From a virus (lineage: Duplodnaviria; Caudoviricetes), in IMG/VR virus record IMGVR_UViG_3300017963_004517, positions 1 to 58,444 of that record: a stretch of 58,444 bases of DNA, one strand, 5' to 3'. Within the stretch, counting starts at the first letter, position 1, and each line of letters opens with the position of its first letter. Below, one piece after another: positions 1 to 9,506 of the stretch. The notes beneath the pieces are model-generated. The model made no database searches. It had not been told where the DNA came from and saw nothing but the letters and a program-made list of their open reading frames with translations. The translations under genes were made by a program, and so were the position numbers.

Positions 1-17
1 ATGGTTCTTACACTAGA

Positions 18-50
18 AGTATATCAAATAAACCCTTGTAAGTCAAGGGT
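18..50 (-). promoter_or_regulatory. Phage early-type sigma70 promoter with palindromic operator
   Basis: Minus strand TTGACT-17 bp-TATACT; ACCCTT-N7-AAGGGT inverted repeat over the -35 box; same design as the promoters at 3874, 51889 and 56792. Confidence 0.75.
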
Positions 51-406
51 ATATAGAGGAAAATATAAGGATGAAACCAGAGAGAGTCAGTCGTAGCGGA
101 TCACATCCTCCGCCGGCGATGCCTAGAGAAATATCTAAGCAGGAAGTTTTTACAGCTATAGATGGAATGGTTGATTATTCGTTTATTGAACGAATAAATA
201 AAAACACACTTTTAATTAGAGTGGAAGAGAAAAACTTTAGTTCTTGATTTCTGATCTGTGATTATATATTATTCGCGTTTGATCATCATTAACTTATTTT
301 TACTTACTATCTATCTTGTACCAGAATATTTACCTTAAACTTGCATCAAAAGAAAAGATAGTAAATTGGGATAAAATCCCTTCCACCTTTCTTCCAATTT
401 GAAGGT

Positions 407-1834
407 TTACCTACAATCTAATTCAATTAGTGCTAATGCAATTTGTTCAGCTATAAGTTTTCCTAACAAGGGAGGAACAGCTTCACCAATTTGGGCGCGG
501 ATTTCCGATTTTTTTCCTGAAAACTTTAAATCATCGGAAAAGGTTTGAATTCTTGCTCTTTCCCGCAATGATAGCTGCGCTCGATTTCGTTCATAATGAT
601 AACCGAGAGTTCCACCGCCGCCGTAAGCCACTACAGTCCAAGCTGGCTTTAGTGGTTCTGCTCTTCGATAAATCAGACTAATGTTGTGCCCTGCGACTTT
701 CCATTGGGTGTTATCAACAAAGCTATAATTTTCTCCTGGAGGAATTCGATACATGCGTTCTTTTACTTGAGATGAAGTGCGGAGATCGCTTTCATCATCA
801 ATTTTTATTACTGGTTTATCAAGCCACCCGAGATGCTCTAATATTTTGCTGTGAGCTTCCATCGCTCTTGAAAATTCTTCTTCATCGAATTCTTCTTCAA
901 AATTCAAACCACATACCTGATAGTAATCTTCCACGACATTAAATGTGAGATTATTCCACTTTTGATTCCGCCAATCTTCGGAGTTTGGTATTTCATCAGA
1001 ACTAGCAATTTCTTTGTATTCAAGCATGACGCTTCTATACTTACAGCCTAACTTATCAAGAGGTTTTCCTTCAAATGCTTCTATGATCGTCAGGGGAAAT
1101 TTTTGGAAGATATTATCTACACCATCTAAACTGTTTGAGAATCTCTTCTCTAGAGCATCAATAGCTCCTTCGTCCAAAGATTTGATCAAATCCTGCCTAA
1201 TTCCAACAATAATTAGGCGTTTTCGCTTTTGTGGGACACCGATATTTGGGGCATATACAATGGAATTGTAGAGAAGATGATATGATAGAATTTCAGTCGC
1301 AGGAACTTTCCTTATGCCCTTCTCAATTTCACTTTTTTGAAGTGTGGTCAAATTTTGAAAATCGTTTTGAATTGTTTGATACGCTTTACCTTCGTTTGAA
1401 CTGACAAGCCCGGGGACATTTTCAAAAACAAAAAATTTAGGCTGCAAGAACATTAAGGCCCGAACAAACTCAGCATATAATTTTCCTCTCCCCCCATTCA
1501 AACCCTGTTCATTTCCTCCTCTTATTCTCGAAAAATCTTGGCAGGGGGGGCCTCCTATTAAGACATCTGGTTGAAAATGATAATCTGAGAAATCCACTTC
1601 GCGAACATCGCCTTGAATTACAAATCTTTTTCCATTGAATTCTGGAGAGTTCGGAGTTTTTATAATTTCCATATCAAAATAAGATGCAAGAGTCTTTGAG
1701 CCAGTTTCAAGTAACTCAGAGGCTAAGATGGTTTCAAATCCAGCTTGATGGAAACCGTGGTCAAATCCACCAGCTCCCGAAAATAATGAGACTACACTTA
1801 GATTTTTTTTTGTCATATCAAATTTATATTTCAA
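407..1834 (-). CDS. DNA (cytosine-5) methyltransferase, orphan
   Basis: Motifs SLFSGAGG, GGPPCQDFS, FENV, PQKRKR, RERARIQTF, QIGEAVPP. Confidence 0.95.
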   Translation of the reverse strand: MKYKFDMTKKNLSVVSLFSGAGGFDHGFHQAGFETILASELLETGSKTLASYFDMEIIKTPNSPEFNGKRFVIQGDVREVDFSDYHFQPDVLIGGPPCQDFSRIRGGNEQGLNGGRGKLYAEFVRALMFLQPKFFVFENVPGLVSSNEGKAYQTIQNDFQNLTTLQKSEIEKGIRKVPATEILSYHLLYNSIVYAPNIGVPQKRKRLIIVGIRQDLIKSLDEGAIDALEKRFSNSLDGVDNIFQKFPLTIIEAFEGKPLDKLGCKYRSVMLEYKEIASSDEIPNSEDWRNQKWNNLTFNVVEDYYQVCGLNFEEEFDEEEFSRAMEAHSKILEHLGWLDKPVIKIDDESDLRTSSQVKERMYRIPPGENYSFVDNTQWKVAGHNISLIYRRAEPLKPAWTVVAYGGGGTLGYHYERNRAQLSLRERARIQTFSDDLKFSGKKSEIRAQIGEAVPPLLGKLIAEQIALALIELDCR

Positions 1835-2504
1835 AATAAATGCACTTGGAATTTAGTGGACATTGATCACATTTAGGATTTTGCTTCGTACAAACTAAAG
1901 CCCCAAAATCCATTACAGCCCAGTTGTACTCTTTTGGGTTATTGGTTGGAACTAAGGATTCTGCAAAAGTCCAGAAATCTTTGTCTTCTCTCGCCCTGGT
2001 TTTCTTTGATTCCCAACCAAAAAATCTCTGAAGAATACGAATCATATTCGTGTCCAAGCCGGGAAGCGGTAATTCAAATGCACAGCACCTCACCATATTT
2101 GAGATATACTTTCCAATTCCAGACAAAGAGATTAGGAAATCATCTGATTTCAAGTCTTCTAATGTTGCAATTGAATAAGCTAACGCGATGTGTTTTAGTT
2201 GATCAGCCCTAACTTTATTCATACCAAGGGGTTCAAGAATTGATTCTAGAACAGATGGTCGAATTTCGATAATATCACGAAGTTCAAAATTTTGCAGCTT
2301 ATTAAATACTTTTTCTGCTTGTTGTGTTGTAGTCTTTCTTAGCAGTACCTCAGCGAGAAGCAGCTTCCAAGGATCACTAGTTATTCTCCAGGGCAAAGTA
2401 TGCCGCCCTTCTAATTCCCAAAATTGATGAAGTGTTGATTGAAAAAAAGCAATCTTCTTTTTATTTGGTTTTTTCATTTTGTGCTGAATAATATGTGGTT
2501 TCAC
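1824..2504 (-). CDS. HhH-GPD T:G/U:G mismatch DNA glycosylase (MIG/MutY-like) with 4Fe-4S motif
   Basis: LPWR...LLAEVLLRKT, HhH LSGIGKY, DTNMIR, C-x6-C-x2-C-x5-C (CTKQNPKCDQCPLNSKC); adjacency to a C5-MTase is typical of MIG enzymes. Confidence 0.85.
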   Translation of the reverse strand: MKPHIIQHKMKKPNKKKIAFFQSTLHQFWELEGRHTLPWRITSDPWKLLLAEVLLRKTTTQQAEKVFNKLQNFELRDIIEIRPSVLESILEPLGMNKVRADQLKHIALAYSIATLEDLKSDDFLISLSGIGKYISNMVRCCAFELPLPGLDTNMIRILQRFFGWESKKTRAREDKDFWTFAESLVPTNNPKEYNWAVMDFGALVCTKQNPKCDQCPLNSKCIYFEI

Positions 2505-2555
2505 TAAATGCTTTCGAAAAAATATTGGCTAAATATGAATTGTCCAATAAATTAA

Positions 2556-2961
2556 GCGATGTATAGCGCAGCGGATCCCAGGAACCCAGGGGAGCCGGTC
2601 GCCAGAAGAAACGACCACCCACATGGACATGCACATCATAGATCGCGCCGGCAAGCCCATGCGTTACACACTCGCCGACCATGAACGCACCCCCGTCCAT
2701 ACGGATCGGTGGGAGCACGTCCATCATTTCGCTGTACTCATCGGCAGTCTCTTCCTGCCAGAGCCCAGACATCTCAACCGGAGTCATCCCGCTGAGTTTC
2801 TGATAATAAGTCAACTGGTCAGCATACGGATCTTCACTAGCCGGCACCCGGCCAGTCCCCCGGCAGGTCTGGCAATCCTTCACGAATACAAAACCAGCAA
2901 CCGGCTCTTCGAAGATATGACCCGAGCCGGCGCAATCAGAGCACTTTTTCCATTTAGCCAT
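2556..2961 (-). pseudogene. Phage protein with DnaJ-type Zn finger, 3' end interrupted by the cassette
   Basis: CSDCAGSG...CQTCRGTG; reads into AT-rich DNA after ...LRYTS; the original end PAEDVIRYD* lies at 121-87. Confidence 0.6.
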
Positions 2962-3193
2962 CACGCGCCTCCAACTCCGCCAATTTAGCATCCAGGGCCC
3001 TCTCAAGAGCAGCATTGGTAAATGGAGTAGTCACATACCACGCCAGGAAATCATCCCCCATCAACGTCTTGACTCTGCTGATTTTTTTGCCGATCCGAAC
3101 ATCAGTCTCGGTCCGCTCCTGACGAAGCTCAGTCAATTCGTCAACCCCATGCGCAGCCGCTCCCCTCAGATTTCCAGCAAGAGATCTAGCCAT
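2954..3193 (-). CDS. Hypothetical phage protein
   Basis: Coupled to neighbouring ORFs in an operon. Confidence 0.6.
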   Translation of the reverse strand: MARSLAGNLRGAAAHGVDELTELRQERTETDVRIGKKISRVKTLMGDDFLAWYVTTPFTNAALERALDAKLAELEARDG

Positions 3194-3540
3194 TATCTCA
3201 ACTCCCAGGGCCGGCGAGCCAGTCGCGTCCGCAATTTCACAGGCCTGGCCTCGCGCCCTTCAAATCTTGCATCATCTTCGTCGTCCGTCTCCTCCCCTAT
3301 CCAGAGATTGCGCGTCACAATGCGCCGGCCGTCAAAGGTCACGATCACGAACTCGCGCCCAGCGAATCCGCGCAAAGGGCGAACCCAATACTTCCCATTC
3401 GCGCCCCCTCGCACTTTGCCGTCCACGTCTGGATCCACAGTATAACGGATTCCATTGATCACAAAAGCCTCGGACTCCGCCAGGCGCTCGGCCGGCGGAG
3501 CAGAGATTACAACAGGTTCAAAAACTTGTGTGTTAGACAT
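3193..3540 (-). CDS. Hypothetical phage protein (start MSNTQ)
   Basis: GGAGG-type RBS upstream; overlaps the stop of the preceding gene. Confidence 0.6.
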   Translation of the reverse strand: MSNTQVFEPVVISAPPAERLAESEAFVINGIRYTVDPDVDGKVRGGANGKYWVRPLRGFAGREFVIVTFDGRRIVTRNLWIGEETDDEDDARFEGREARPVKLRTRLARRPWELR

Positions 3541-3835
3541 TGACTCCCTCCTCCGCCTGCCAGACCCAAGAACACGCACCGATTGCATACGCCCCTGTGC
3601 AATCAACGGGCTTCCAAACGTCATGGAATTCCGGAGAATCGTTTGCGTCTGCCACGCAAGTATAGATGCCGTCATCTTCAAACCAAGCGATGTAATAATC
3701 GTCCAGTATTTCCTCGGCAACTTCCTTGGTAAACAATGGGCAAACGAACCCGTTCCAATATTTGGGCAGGCCATCGCTTTCGAGCATCAACTCGCAAGGA
3801 TAATATTTTTCGCCGTCAAGTGTAACTCTGGTCAT
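3533..3835 (-). CDS. Hypothetical acidic phage protein (YWNGF-x-CP motif)
   Basis: CTAGGAGG RBS; first gene after the promoter at 3874-3902. Confidence 0.7.
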   Translation of the reverse strand: MTRVTLDGEKYYPCELMLESDGLPKYWNGFVCPLFTKEVAEEILDDYYIAWFEDDGIYTCVADANDSPEFHDVWKPVDCTGAYAIGACSWVWQAEEGVNV

Positions 3836-3873
3836 TTCGACCTCCTAGATTATTGGATGGTTCCTACACTAAG

Positions 3874-3907
3874 ATTATAACCGCAACACCCCTAACCGTC
3901 AAGGGTT
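3874..3907 (-). promoter_or_regulatory. sigma70 promoter with operator-like palindrome
   Basis: TTGACG-17-TATAAT followed by an ACCATCC...CTAGGAGG leader. Confidence 0.8.
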
Positions 3908-3918
3908 TTATGATAATT

Positions 3919-4059
3919 TCAGCTTCCTATAATAGCCGCAATTATCAAGGCCATGATGACAAGAAAAATAATTCCGCATGTGCTCCAGGCTCTATCTATT
4001 GCAATCTGCTCATCTTTTCCTGGGCTTCCACTACCAAAGGGATTTGTTGGTAAACTCAT
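3919..4059 (-). CDS. 46-aa single-TM membrane peptide
   Basis: MSLPTNPF...GIIFLVIMALIIAAIIGS; AGGAG RBS; below the ORF-track cutoff. Confidence 0.5.
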   Translation of the reverse strand: MSLPTNPFGSGSPGKDEQIAIDRAWSTCGIIFLVIMALIIAAIIGS

Positions 4060-4079
4060 CTTTTCATTCTCCTAACAAC

Positions 4080-4123
4080 GCCGGCCTGGTCAGGCAGTCA
4101 GGCTGCTCTGCGACCAGGCCGGC
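4080..4123. terminator. GC-rich hairpin, possible terminator or processing site
   Basis: GCCGGCCTGGTC...GACCAGGCCGGC inverted repeat between genes; no clear U-tract. Confidence 0.4.
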
Positions 4124-4131
4124 GACAACCC

Positions 4132-4674
4132 CTAACTTTTAGCCGGGATAAAATCGGTCACCTTATCCGGTTGCCCGGTCCCTTTCATCTGGCATACTGC
4201 CAGCCAATCCCCTGGCAGGCGATTCTCGGCAAATGGATCCAGAGTCCACCCCCTCCCCTCGATTACCTCGGGCCAGCAGATCACTCCATGCTTTTTCCAT
4301 TTGCCGCCCTTGACCAGCCAATAGGGATGCTCACCACCCTGCCCTAGCTTGATCACCTCGACCGGAATGGTTTCGGTGCCAGGCTGGTGACCGTTGCCAT
4401 TAGCCCCCGCAGGCACGGAAGCCCCGCCCGAAGCGGTCGCGGTCGTAGACGTAGAAGCGGGAACAGCCGGCTCGGTAGCCAGCCCGAGCTCGCGCTGCAT
4501 GAACGAAACGGTATAGGCCAGAGCCGCAAAAGCGTCGTAAGGATTGGCGGCCCGTTGGCCGATTTTGTACCCGATGCCCTTATGCACGAGTGTCACCTCG
4601 GCATACCCGCCGGCCTCAGGCAAGTCCGCGATCTTCTTTCGATACGCTGCAATCAACTCTTCTTTGTCACTCAT
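4132..4674 (-). CDS. Hypothetical protein, two domains with a low-complexity linker
   Basis: 180-aa ORF coupled to 4667-4912; the linker contains the 17-mer repeat. Confidence 0.7.
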   Translation of the reverse strand: MSDKEELIAAYRKKIADLPEAGGYAEVTLVHKGIGYKIGQRAANPYDAFAALAYTVSFMQRELGLATEPAVPASTSTTATASGGASVPAGANGNGHQPGTETIPVEVIKLGQGGEHPYWLVKGGKWKKHGVICWPEVIEGRGWTLDPFAENRLPGDWLAVCQMKGTGQPDKVTDFIPAKS

Positions 4675-4912
4675 CAGAAGCCCCCATCTCTTCGGCCAGG
4701 CGCTTGCCCTGTTCCCGCTGGTACTGCTGGTAGTGCTCTCGCAGGAAGCCTATGGCTTCATTGACCGCCCAGGAAAGATTCCCGTCCACTTCCCCCGTCT
4801 GAGGGTGAGTCCGGATATGCCCTGTCGCCCTGGCAAACCGCACCAGCCAGTCCCGGTCATTTGCGGGAATAGCGAGAGTCGCACTAACGTTCTTGATTAT
4901 TTTTTCAGCCAT
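4667..4912 (-). CDS. Small putative DNA-binding (RHH-like) protein
   Basis: N-terminal beta-strand then helices, NLSWAVNEAI; AAGGAG RBS. Confidence 0.55.
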   Translation of the reverse strand: MAEKIIKNVSATLAIPANDRDWLVRFARATGHIRTHPQTGEVDGNLSWAVNEAIGFLREHYQQYQREQGKRLAEEMGASDE

Positions 4913-4970
4913 GAAAACTCCTTATCTCCTAGAGGATGGTACCCCATATGGGGCATGATTAGATAGAACA

Positions 4971-5006
4971 AGTATACCACTAAAGTCTATTATTTATCAA
5001 GGGTTT
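4971..5006 (-). promoter_or_regulatory. sigma70 promoter (operator half-site)
   Basis: AAACCC-TTGATA-18-TATACT, then ACCATCC-T-CTAGGAG. Confidence 0.6.
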
Positions 5007-5652
5007 AAAACTCAACCACCCACACCCATGGGTTACCTTCCACGTACCATGGCCGGCCACGATGTTCCGTGACTTCCGAGCCGGCATCCCAGGGAAACGA
5101 CACGTAATACGAACCATCCTGGCGAGGTCGCGGTTTTGCGTTGATCGAATCCCAGAGATCACGAAACTGTGCCCAAGCCTTGGGGTATTCGTGATAGATC
5201 CCCTCGGCAACGGCATCCTCGTAACTGATTTCCTGGATCCGCTGCACACGGATATCCGCCACTTCCAACTCCAGCCGGCTGGCTGCCCGAGGCATGTAAA
5301 TCGAGGGAGTCCATTTTGCAGTCAAGCCAGGGATGGTATCTGCCTCAGTTGCCCGATAATGATACCCACCCCCATCATCCTGACAGAACGTCTCTTTCAC
5401 CCAGAGCCGGTCGCCAGGCCGGCCATAAGGACACCGGACTCCCCATTCCCCATCTTCCGAGTAAACCCCATAAATCTCAGCCCCAGGCTGATCGAACCCG
5501 TCCCGGTCGATCACGGTCGGCGCGTACATCGTCGGCCCAATAAGCCGGCTGTACTCCGGCTGCGGTTTGATTACCCGCCTGGTCTGGGTCTTGCGCCCAT
5601 CCAGGATCGCCCGAACCATGGGAGTAGAGAATAAAATAGGTCGCCTTTTCAT
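5005..5652 (-). CDS. ASCH/PUA-like phage protein
   Basis: PILFSTPMVRAILDGRKTQTRR, CPYG.PGDRLWVKET, WTPSIYMPR.ASR, NPWVWVVEF. Confidence 0.85.
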   Translation of the reverse strand: MKRRPILFSTPMVRAILDGRKTQTRRVIKPQPEYSRLIGPTMYAPTVIDRDGFDQPGAEIYGVYSEDGEWGVRCPYGRPGDRLWVKETFCQDDGGGYHYRATEADTIPGLTAKWTPSIYMPRAASRLELEVADIRVQRIQEISYEDAVAEGIYHEYPKAWAQFRDLWDSINAKPRPRQDGSYYVSFPWDAGSEVTEHRGRPWYVEGNPWVWVVEF

Positions 5653-5729
5653 TTCACCCTCCCACCAGAGCTTGAATCAGAGCCATCAACGCGATGGCCG
5701 TAAGAAATCCCATCATAAACGTGTAGAGT

Positions 5730-6047
5730 TTATTCATCATCCCACTCCGGAAAATCCCGCTCCGGATCGCTGCGCTCGGTCAACTGCTTCAAGTTCAACT
5801 TCCACACCTCGACCGGACGCTTTGATAATCCCTGGACCGCAGACATCATCGTCGGCTCGTCCACTGGCGTAATGGCATAGATGGCGCCGGCGCCATAGAA
5901 TTTGGTGAACGCGTCCTGGGCATCGGTCGCCGGCACGTCCACCCGCACGAACCCCTGACCACCGATCACCTGCTCGGTGACCTCGCCGGCAATCATCTGG
6001 TGCCCAAATAACTCAACGATAGCAAATTGCTTGAAATCAGACATCAC
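5730..6047 (-). CDS. Conserved hypothetical phage protein
   Basis: ELFGH..IAG.V...RVDVP...FTKFYG.GAIY.ITP is a recurrent phage family signature. Confidence 0.75.
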   Translation of the reverse strand: MMSDFKQFAIVELFGHQMIAGEVTEQVIGGQGFVRVDVPATDAQDAFTKFYGAGAIYAITPVDEPTMMSAVQGLSKRPVEVWKLNLKQLTERSDPERDFPEWDDE

Positions 6048-6171
6048 AACCTCCTAGATTTTCAATCTCCAGAACCGTAATGGTTCCACAGAATAGACAA
6101 ATATACTCCCCCGTCGAAAAAATCAACTCCTGGTCAACCCAGGCCTTGCAGCCCATACACCACAACTCCAT
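6037..6171 (-). CDS. 44-aa Zn-ribbon microprotein
   Basis: MELWCMGC...YICLFCG; fills the gap between primase and the 5730-6047 gene. Confidence 0.45.
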   Translation of the reverse strand: MELWCMGCKAWVDQELIFSTGEYICLFCGTITVLEIENLGGCDV

Positions 6172-6193
6172 GATGCTGGGCTTGACCACAAGA

Positions 6194-7204
6194 TCACACA
6201 CGCCTGGCCTGCTTCACGATGGCGCGAAACGAATCCCGGTCATAGCCGGCTCCCAGGATGTAATCGTCCACCTTTTGATTGAGTCGTAGGATTTTGAGAT
6301 CCCGCTCCCCATACGCATCCCGCACATTCTTGAGAGCCCAGGGTTTTACGTCGGGATCCGGAATGTAACAGATATGGCCGGCATTGATAGCGTCCAGCAA
6401 CTCACGGCTGGGTGACATTGGTAATCCAAAGGCCTGGGTACGAGCGTCGTCGAATGTCAGCCAGGTGACCGCCGCCTTCTTCTCCCCCTCCACCAGGAAC
6501 GCCCAATCCGCGTCATTACACAATTCAAGGTTAGCAATGAACACCGGCTCAAACCCAACAGAATACTCCATGCGGTACTTCGTCCCGTCCGGCTGCGGAT
6601 TGATCAATCTGTGTTTTACGTTGACCACCTCCCCATCCAGATTGCGCTCGGCAATCGTGGCCGTGGGTGTGAGATGCTTCTCCCATCCCCCTCCGGAGTC
6701 GTACCAAAATGAATGTTCCCGATCCCACCCCAGCCCCCACTCTATCCACAAATTCACATTATTGATACCGGCATCAGACCAGTATCTCGCGCCGGCATCC
6801 TCGAAGAACAGGGTCTCTGTATAAAGCTCCCATTTTTTCTCATCCCGGAGCAACTGCAGAGCCTTCTCGGCCTCGGCCTTTCGCCGCTCTTCCTCGGCAA
6901 TCCGCTCTGCTTTCCACTGCTCCAGTTTTTCAGGATCCGGCTTGAACTCTTTATCCGGAAGCCATTTGAATCCGCAGACCCTGCACCACCCAATAGAGAT
7001 CCCGGTCTTACTAAAGGATGCAGGGAACATCCGGAACCGGTCCGGCCACTCCCCGCTCGAATGTGGAGAGCCCCCACACTCTGGGCAGGTACTGCTCCAC
7101 TCGCGCCCTCGGATCCGCTCGACAACATATTGCACATGACCTTGCAACTCATAGAACTCAGGATGTAATTGTGATTCACGCATTGGATTCCTCCGGATTG
7201 TCAA
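6194..7204 (-). CDS. DNA primase (Zn finger + TOPRIM-like)
   Basis: CPECGG...WCRVCG, LVEGEKKA, DPD; adjacent to the helicase. Confidence 0.8.
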   Translation of the reverse strand: MTIRRNPMRESQLHPEFYELQGHVQYVVERIRGREWSSTCPECGGSPHSSGEWPDRFRMFPASFSKTGISIGWCRVCGFKWLPDKEFKPDPEKLEQWKAERIAEEERRKAEAEKALQLLRDEKKWELYTETLFFEDAGARYWSDAGINNVNLWIEWGLGWDREHSFWYDSGGGWEKHLTPTATIAERNLDGEVVNVKHRLINPQPDGTKYRMEYSVGFEPVFIANLELCNDADWAFLVEGEKKAAVTWLTFDDARTQAFGLPMSPSRELLDAINAGHICYIPDPDVKPWALKNVRDAYGERDLKILRLNQKVDDYILGAGYDRDSFRAIVKQARRV

Positions 7205-8228
7205 CGTCCAAGGTCTCGTTATAATATTTCATTTCCCCCTGGACCAGATAGTTATATTCAGGCTCGAACTTTACAAACTTTTTGAAGTTCTCCGGCCCTT
7301 TCTTCCGTTTCAAAACCGAAATGATCATATCGTTATGGTCTTTCACGTAAAGCAGAGGCGAGTCCGCTTTGCCAAACTTTGGCGGAATTTTCTCGTCTGG
7401 CGTGACGTAATGCGCCGGCCGGACAACGGACAGCACCCCATCGGAGAATTGCTCCACGGTCGAGGTCCACTGGCCGTCATCCATCATAGGGATAGGCACC
7501 TGGCGATTGTCCACATCGCGCTTGGCCTGGCAGCCCAGCACCATACGAGTATTGAAATCCTCGGCCAGGTTCTTGAGCCCGTTGACCAGGTCCCCATAAA
7601 ACTCCACCCAGGCAGATCCCCGAGGCCGGAACCGCTGCAGATAGTCAATGAAAATGGAGTCGATCTCCTGGACAACCTGGTCACCCTGCCACGTCTCCAC
7701 ATCCCCCATGGCCAGCCGCAAATTATCTTCCGTGATCTCGGTCTTATCGCGCCGGCGCTTTTTGCTCTTCCCGATAAACCACAGAGGGCTGGTCATCATG
7801 TGCGGACTCTCTAAATGTTTCTGCACCCGATCCCAATCCTCTGGCTCCAGCTTGCCGGCAGCCATGTCGGTGATCGAGATCCTGAGCTCGGCAGCCACAT
7901 GGAAGAGCCGCAACTCCTCCACCAACTGCTCGGCAGTCATATACAGGACAACCTTGTTGTCGACCCCCATGTGCTTGAGATGCCCGGCACGCATGCGAGC
8001 CCACCTCATCATGAGAGATGACTTCCCGCTCCCAGGCCGGCCCAAAACTGTGATCAACTCCCCAGGCACCACCGGCAGGAACCCCTTCCCGGACTCTGGG
8101 TCATACTCCATGCCATTGATATAAATAGGCATGCCCTGGTCGCCGCCCTTGCGAATATTTTCCACATAATCGGTCGTGGCATTCGATGCCTCAACCGCAG
8201 TGAATACCAGCGTTGAACTATTAGTCAT
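7176..8228 (-). CDS. DnaB-like replicative helicase
   Basis: Walker A GRPGSGKS, IFIDYLQ, C-Q-A-K-R, EQFSD. Confidence 0.9.
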   Translation of the reverse strand: MTNSSTLVFTAVEASNATTDYVENIRKGGDQGMPIYINGMEYDPESGKGFLPVVPGELITVLGRPGSGKSSLMMRWARMRAGHLKHMGVDNKVVLYMTAEQLVEELRLFHVAAELRISITDMAAGKLEPEDWDRVQKHLESPHMMTSPLWFIGKSKKRRRDKTEITEDNLRLAMGDVETWQGDQVVQEIDSIFIDYLQRFRPRGSAWVEFYGDLVNGLKNLAEDFNTRMVLGCQAKRDVDNRQVPIPMMDDGQWTSTVEQFSDGVLSVVRPAHYVTPDEKIPPKFGKADSPLLYVKDHNDMIISVLKRKKGPENFKKFVKFEPEYNYLVQGEMKYYNETLDVDNPEESNA

Positions 8229-9136
8229 AGCGTCTCCAATTTGTCAGCCGGCTCGGGAGAGTCGCTCTGCGGAGTGAAAGCCTCCCGCCAGAGCTCCTCG
8301 ATCTTGGCAGGTTTCAACCAAATGCGCTGGTTGTTCCGCCGGAAGTCATCCTCATTGAACCATTCCATAAACATCTCGATGGTCTCGCCGGTTTCCTTTT
8401 CTCGAGCAATCAACTCCTTTTCATAACCGCACCATTCGGAGGTGGTTGCATCCCAATAACGCTCAAGGTTCTTATTCAGAGCAGACTCTACCCGCCGGCG
8501 CATCCCCTCAACCGCAGCAATCTCGTCAGCGTGCCCGAGCAGCCAATCAACTGGATCCCCTTTCCTGGCTTGCTGGGCTGCCTTACGCCGACGCGCTTCC
8601 TCCAGACCTTTGGCACGGTCGTAAGGTTTTTTCGCGCCAGCGTCTAATTGGTTATCCTCTTGGTTATCCTCTTGGTTATTCTTTGTTTCACCTGGTGACC
8701 CACCTCCTTCACCTGGTGACCCACCTCCTTCACCTGGTGAAGCCTTCACCTCATGAAGGCTCTTTTTGAACTCAACCCGAGACTGTATTGATAAATGATT
8801 CTCCGCCCATTTTATATTCCTGCTCCATAGATCCGGGATGGTCAAGTGCCAGACCGGTTGAGGGTAACCAGCATCCCGCCTTATCTCCCCCTCAAGAAAC
8901 CCCAGGTCAATCCAGTATTTGCGACACTCTGATACCTTCCCGGCTGACATGCCGCTAAGGATAGCCAGATCATCAGTAGATAAAAAACACTCGCTGGAAT
9001 CGCCAGCAACTTCCTTCACCGTATCCCAGAGAGCGTAATCATAGGGAGTCCTGCTGTAATACTTCACAATGCGAGGGTTGATCGTGAAATATTTTGCATC
9101 TCGACTTCTATCAGTGGCCTTGTGCATTTCACTCAT
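8225..9136 (-). CDS. Replication initiator (lambda O/DnaD-like, N-terminal wHTH)
   Basis: HTH-like LSTDDLAILSGMS..KVSECRK; internal iteron repeats; upstream of the helicase. Confidence 0.75.
   Translation of the reverse strand: MSEMHKATDRSRDAKYFTINPRIVKYYSRTPYDYALWDTVKEVAGDSSECFLSTDDLAILSGMSAGKVSECRKYWIDLGFLEGEIRRDAGYPQPVWHLTIPDLWSRNIKWAENHLSIQSRVEFKKSLHEVKASPGEGGGSPGEGGGSPGETKNNQEDNQEDNQLDAGAKKPYDRAKGLEEARRRKAAQQARKGDPVDWLLGHADEIAAVEGMRRRVESALNKNLERYWDATTSEWCGYEKELIAREKETGETIEMFMEWFNEDDFRRNNQRIWLKPAKIEELWREAFTPQSDSPEPADKLETL
8650..8760. repeat. Iteron-like repeats inside the initiator (probable phage ori)
   Basis: TTCACCTGGTGA x3 at 21-bp period plus one variant; GGTTATCCTCTT tandem copies. 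Confidence 0.65.
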
Positions 9137-9327
9137 GACTCCTCCTCCTGATTCACCGCTCGAGCCTGTTCGTTCATCGCCTCGGCTTCCGGGTGCCCAC
9201 AGTGACCGTGCTCCTCCCAGCAGTCCACACAAAGCGATCTCCCGCAGTACCAACATATCTCGGGATCCAGACCAGCGTCATCCCCGCAGCGCCGGCAAAT
9301 GAAAATTGTCGCAGGATGATCAAACAT
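9133..9327 (-). CDS. Small Cys-rich Zn-finger protein
   Basis: CRRC, CWYC, CVDC, HGHC; CTAGGAG RBS. Confidence 0.65.
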   Translation of the reverse strand: MFDHPATIFICRRCGDDAGLDPEICWYCGRSLCVDCWEEHGHCGHPEAEAMNEQARAVNQEEES

Positions 9328-9344
9328 TGCAAACTCCTAGTGGG

Positions 9345-9500
9345 AACAAAAATCACCTCTTGGGGGTATTTCCGTATTTCCGCTGGCAGGTTATAGAGAC
9401 CAAACTTCTACGACTTGCGGTACGGAAACACCCCGAAAAGGTGATTCGCTTGGTCTCGCCGGCCTGCCAAACCGGGCTTGCGCTTTCGCGCTATGTTGTT
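9345..9500 (-). ncRNA. Structured leader upstream of the replication genes
   Basis: GCGC-GAAA-GCGC hairpin; TGGCAGG/CCTGCCA, GAGACCAA/TTGGTCTC and AATCACCT...TTTCCGTA/TACGGAAA...AGGTGATT pairings. Confidence 0.5.
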
Positions 9501-9506
9501 ACAAAC

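Larger units (their letters stand above)
116..2561. mobile_element. AT-rich inserted cassette (C5-MTase + mismatch glycosylase) bounded by GCGATG direct repeats
   Basis: Sharp composition change at both ends; GCGATG at 116-121 and 2556-2561; removing the cassette rejoins the phage ORF starting at 2961 in frame to a stop at 87-89. Confidence 0.7.

Noticed and set aside
407-2504. Complete restriction-modification system
   Set aside because: No endonuclease ORF in the cassette; 122-406 has no convincing ORF.
116-2561. IS/transposon, or host chromosome beyond an att site
   Set aside because: No transposase or terminal inverted repeats; phage-type sequence resumes at 1-121, so this is an internal insertion rather than the prophage boundary.
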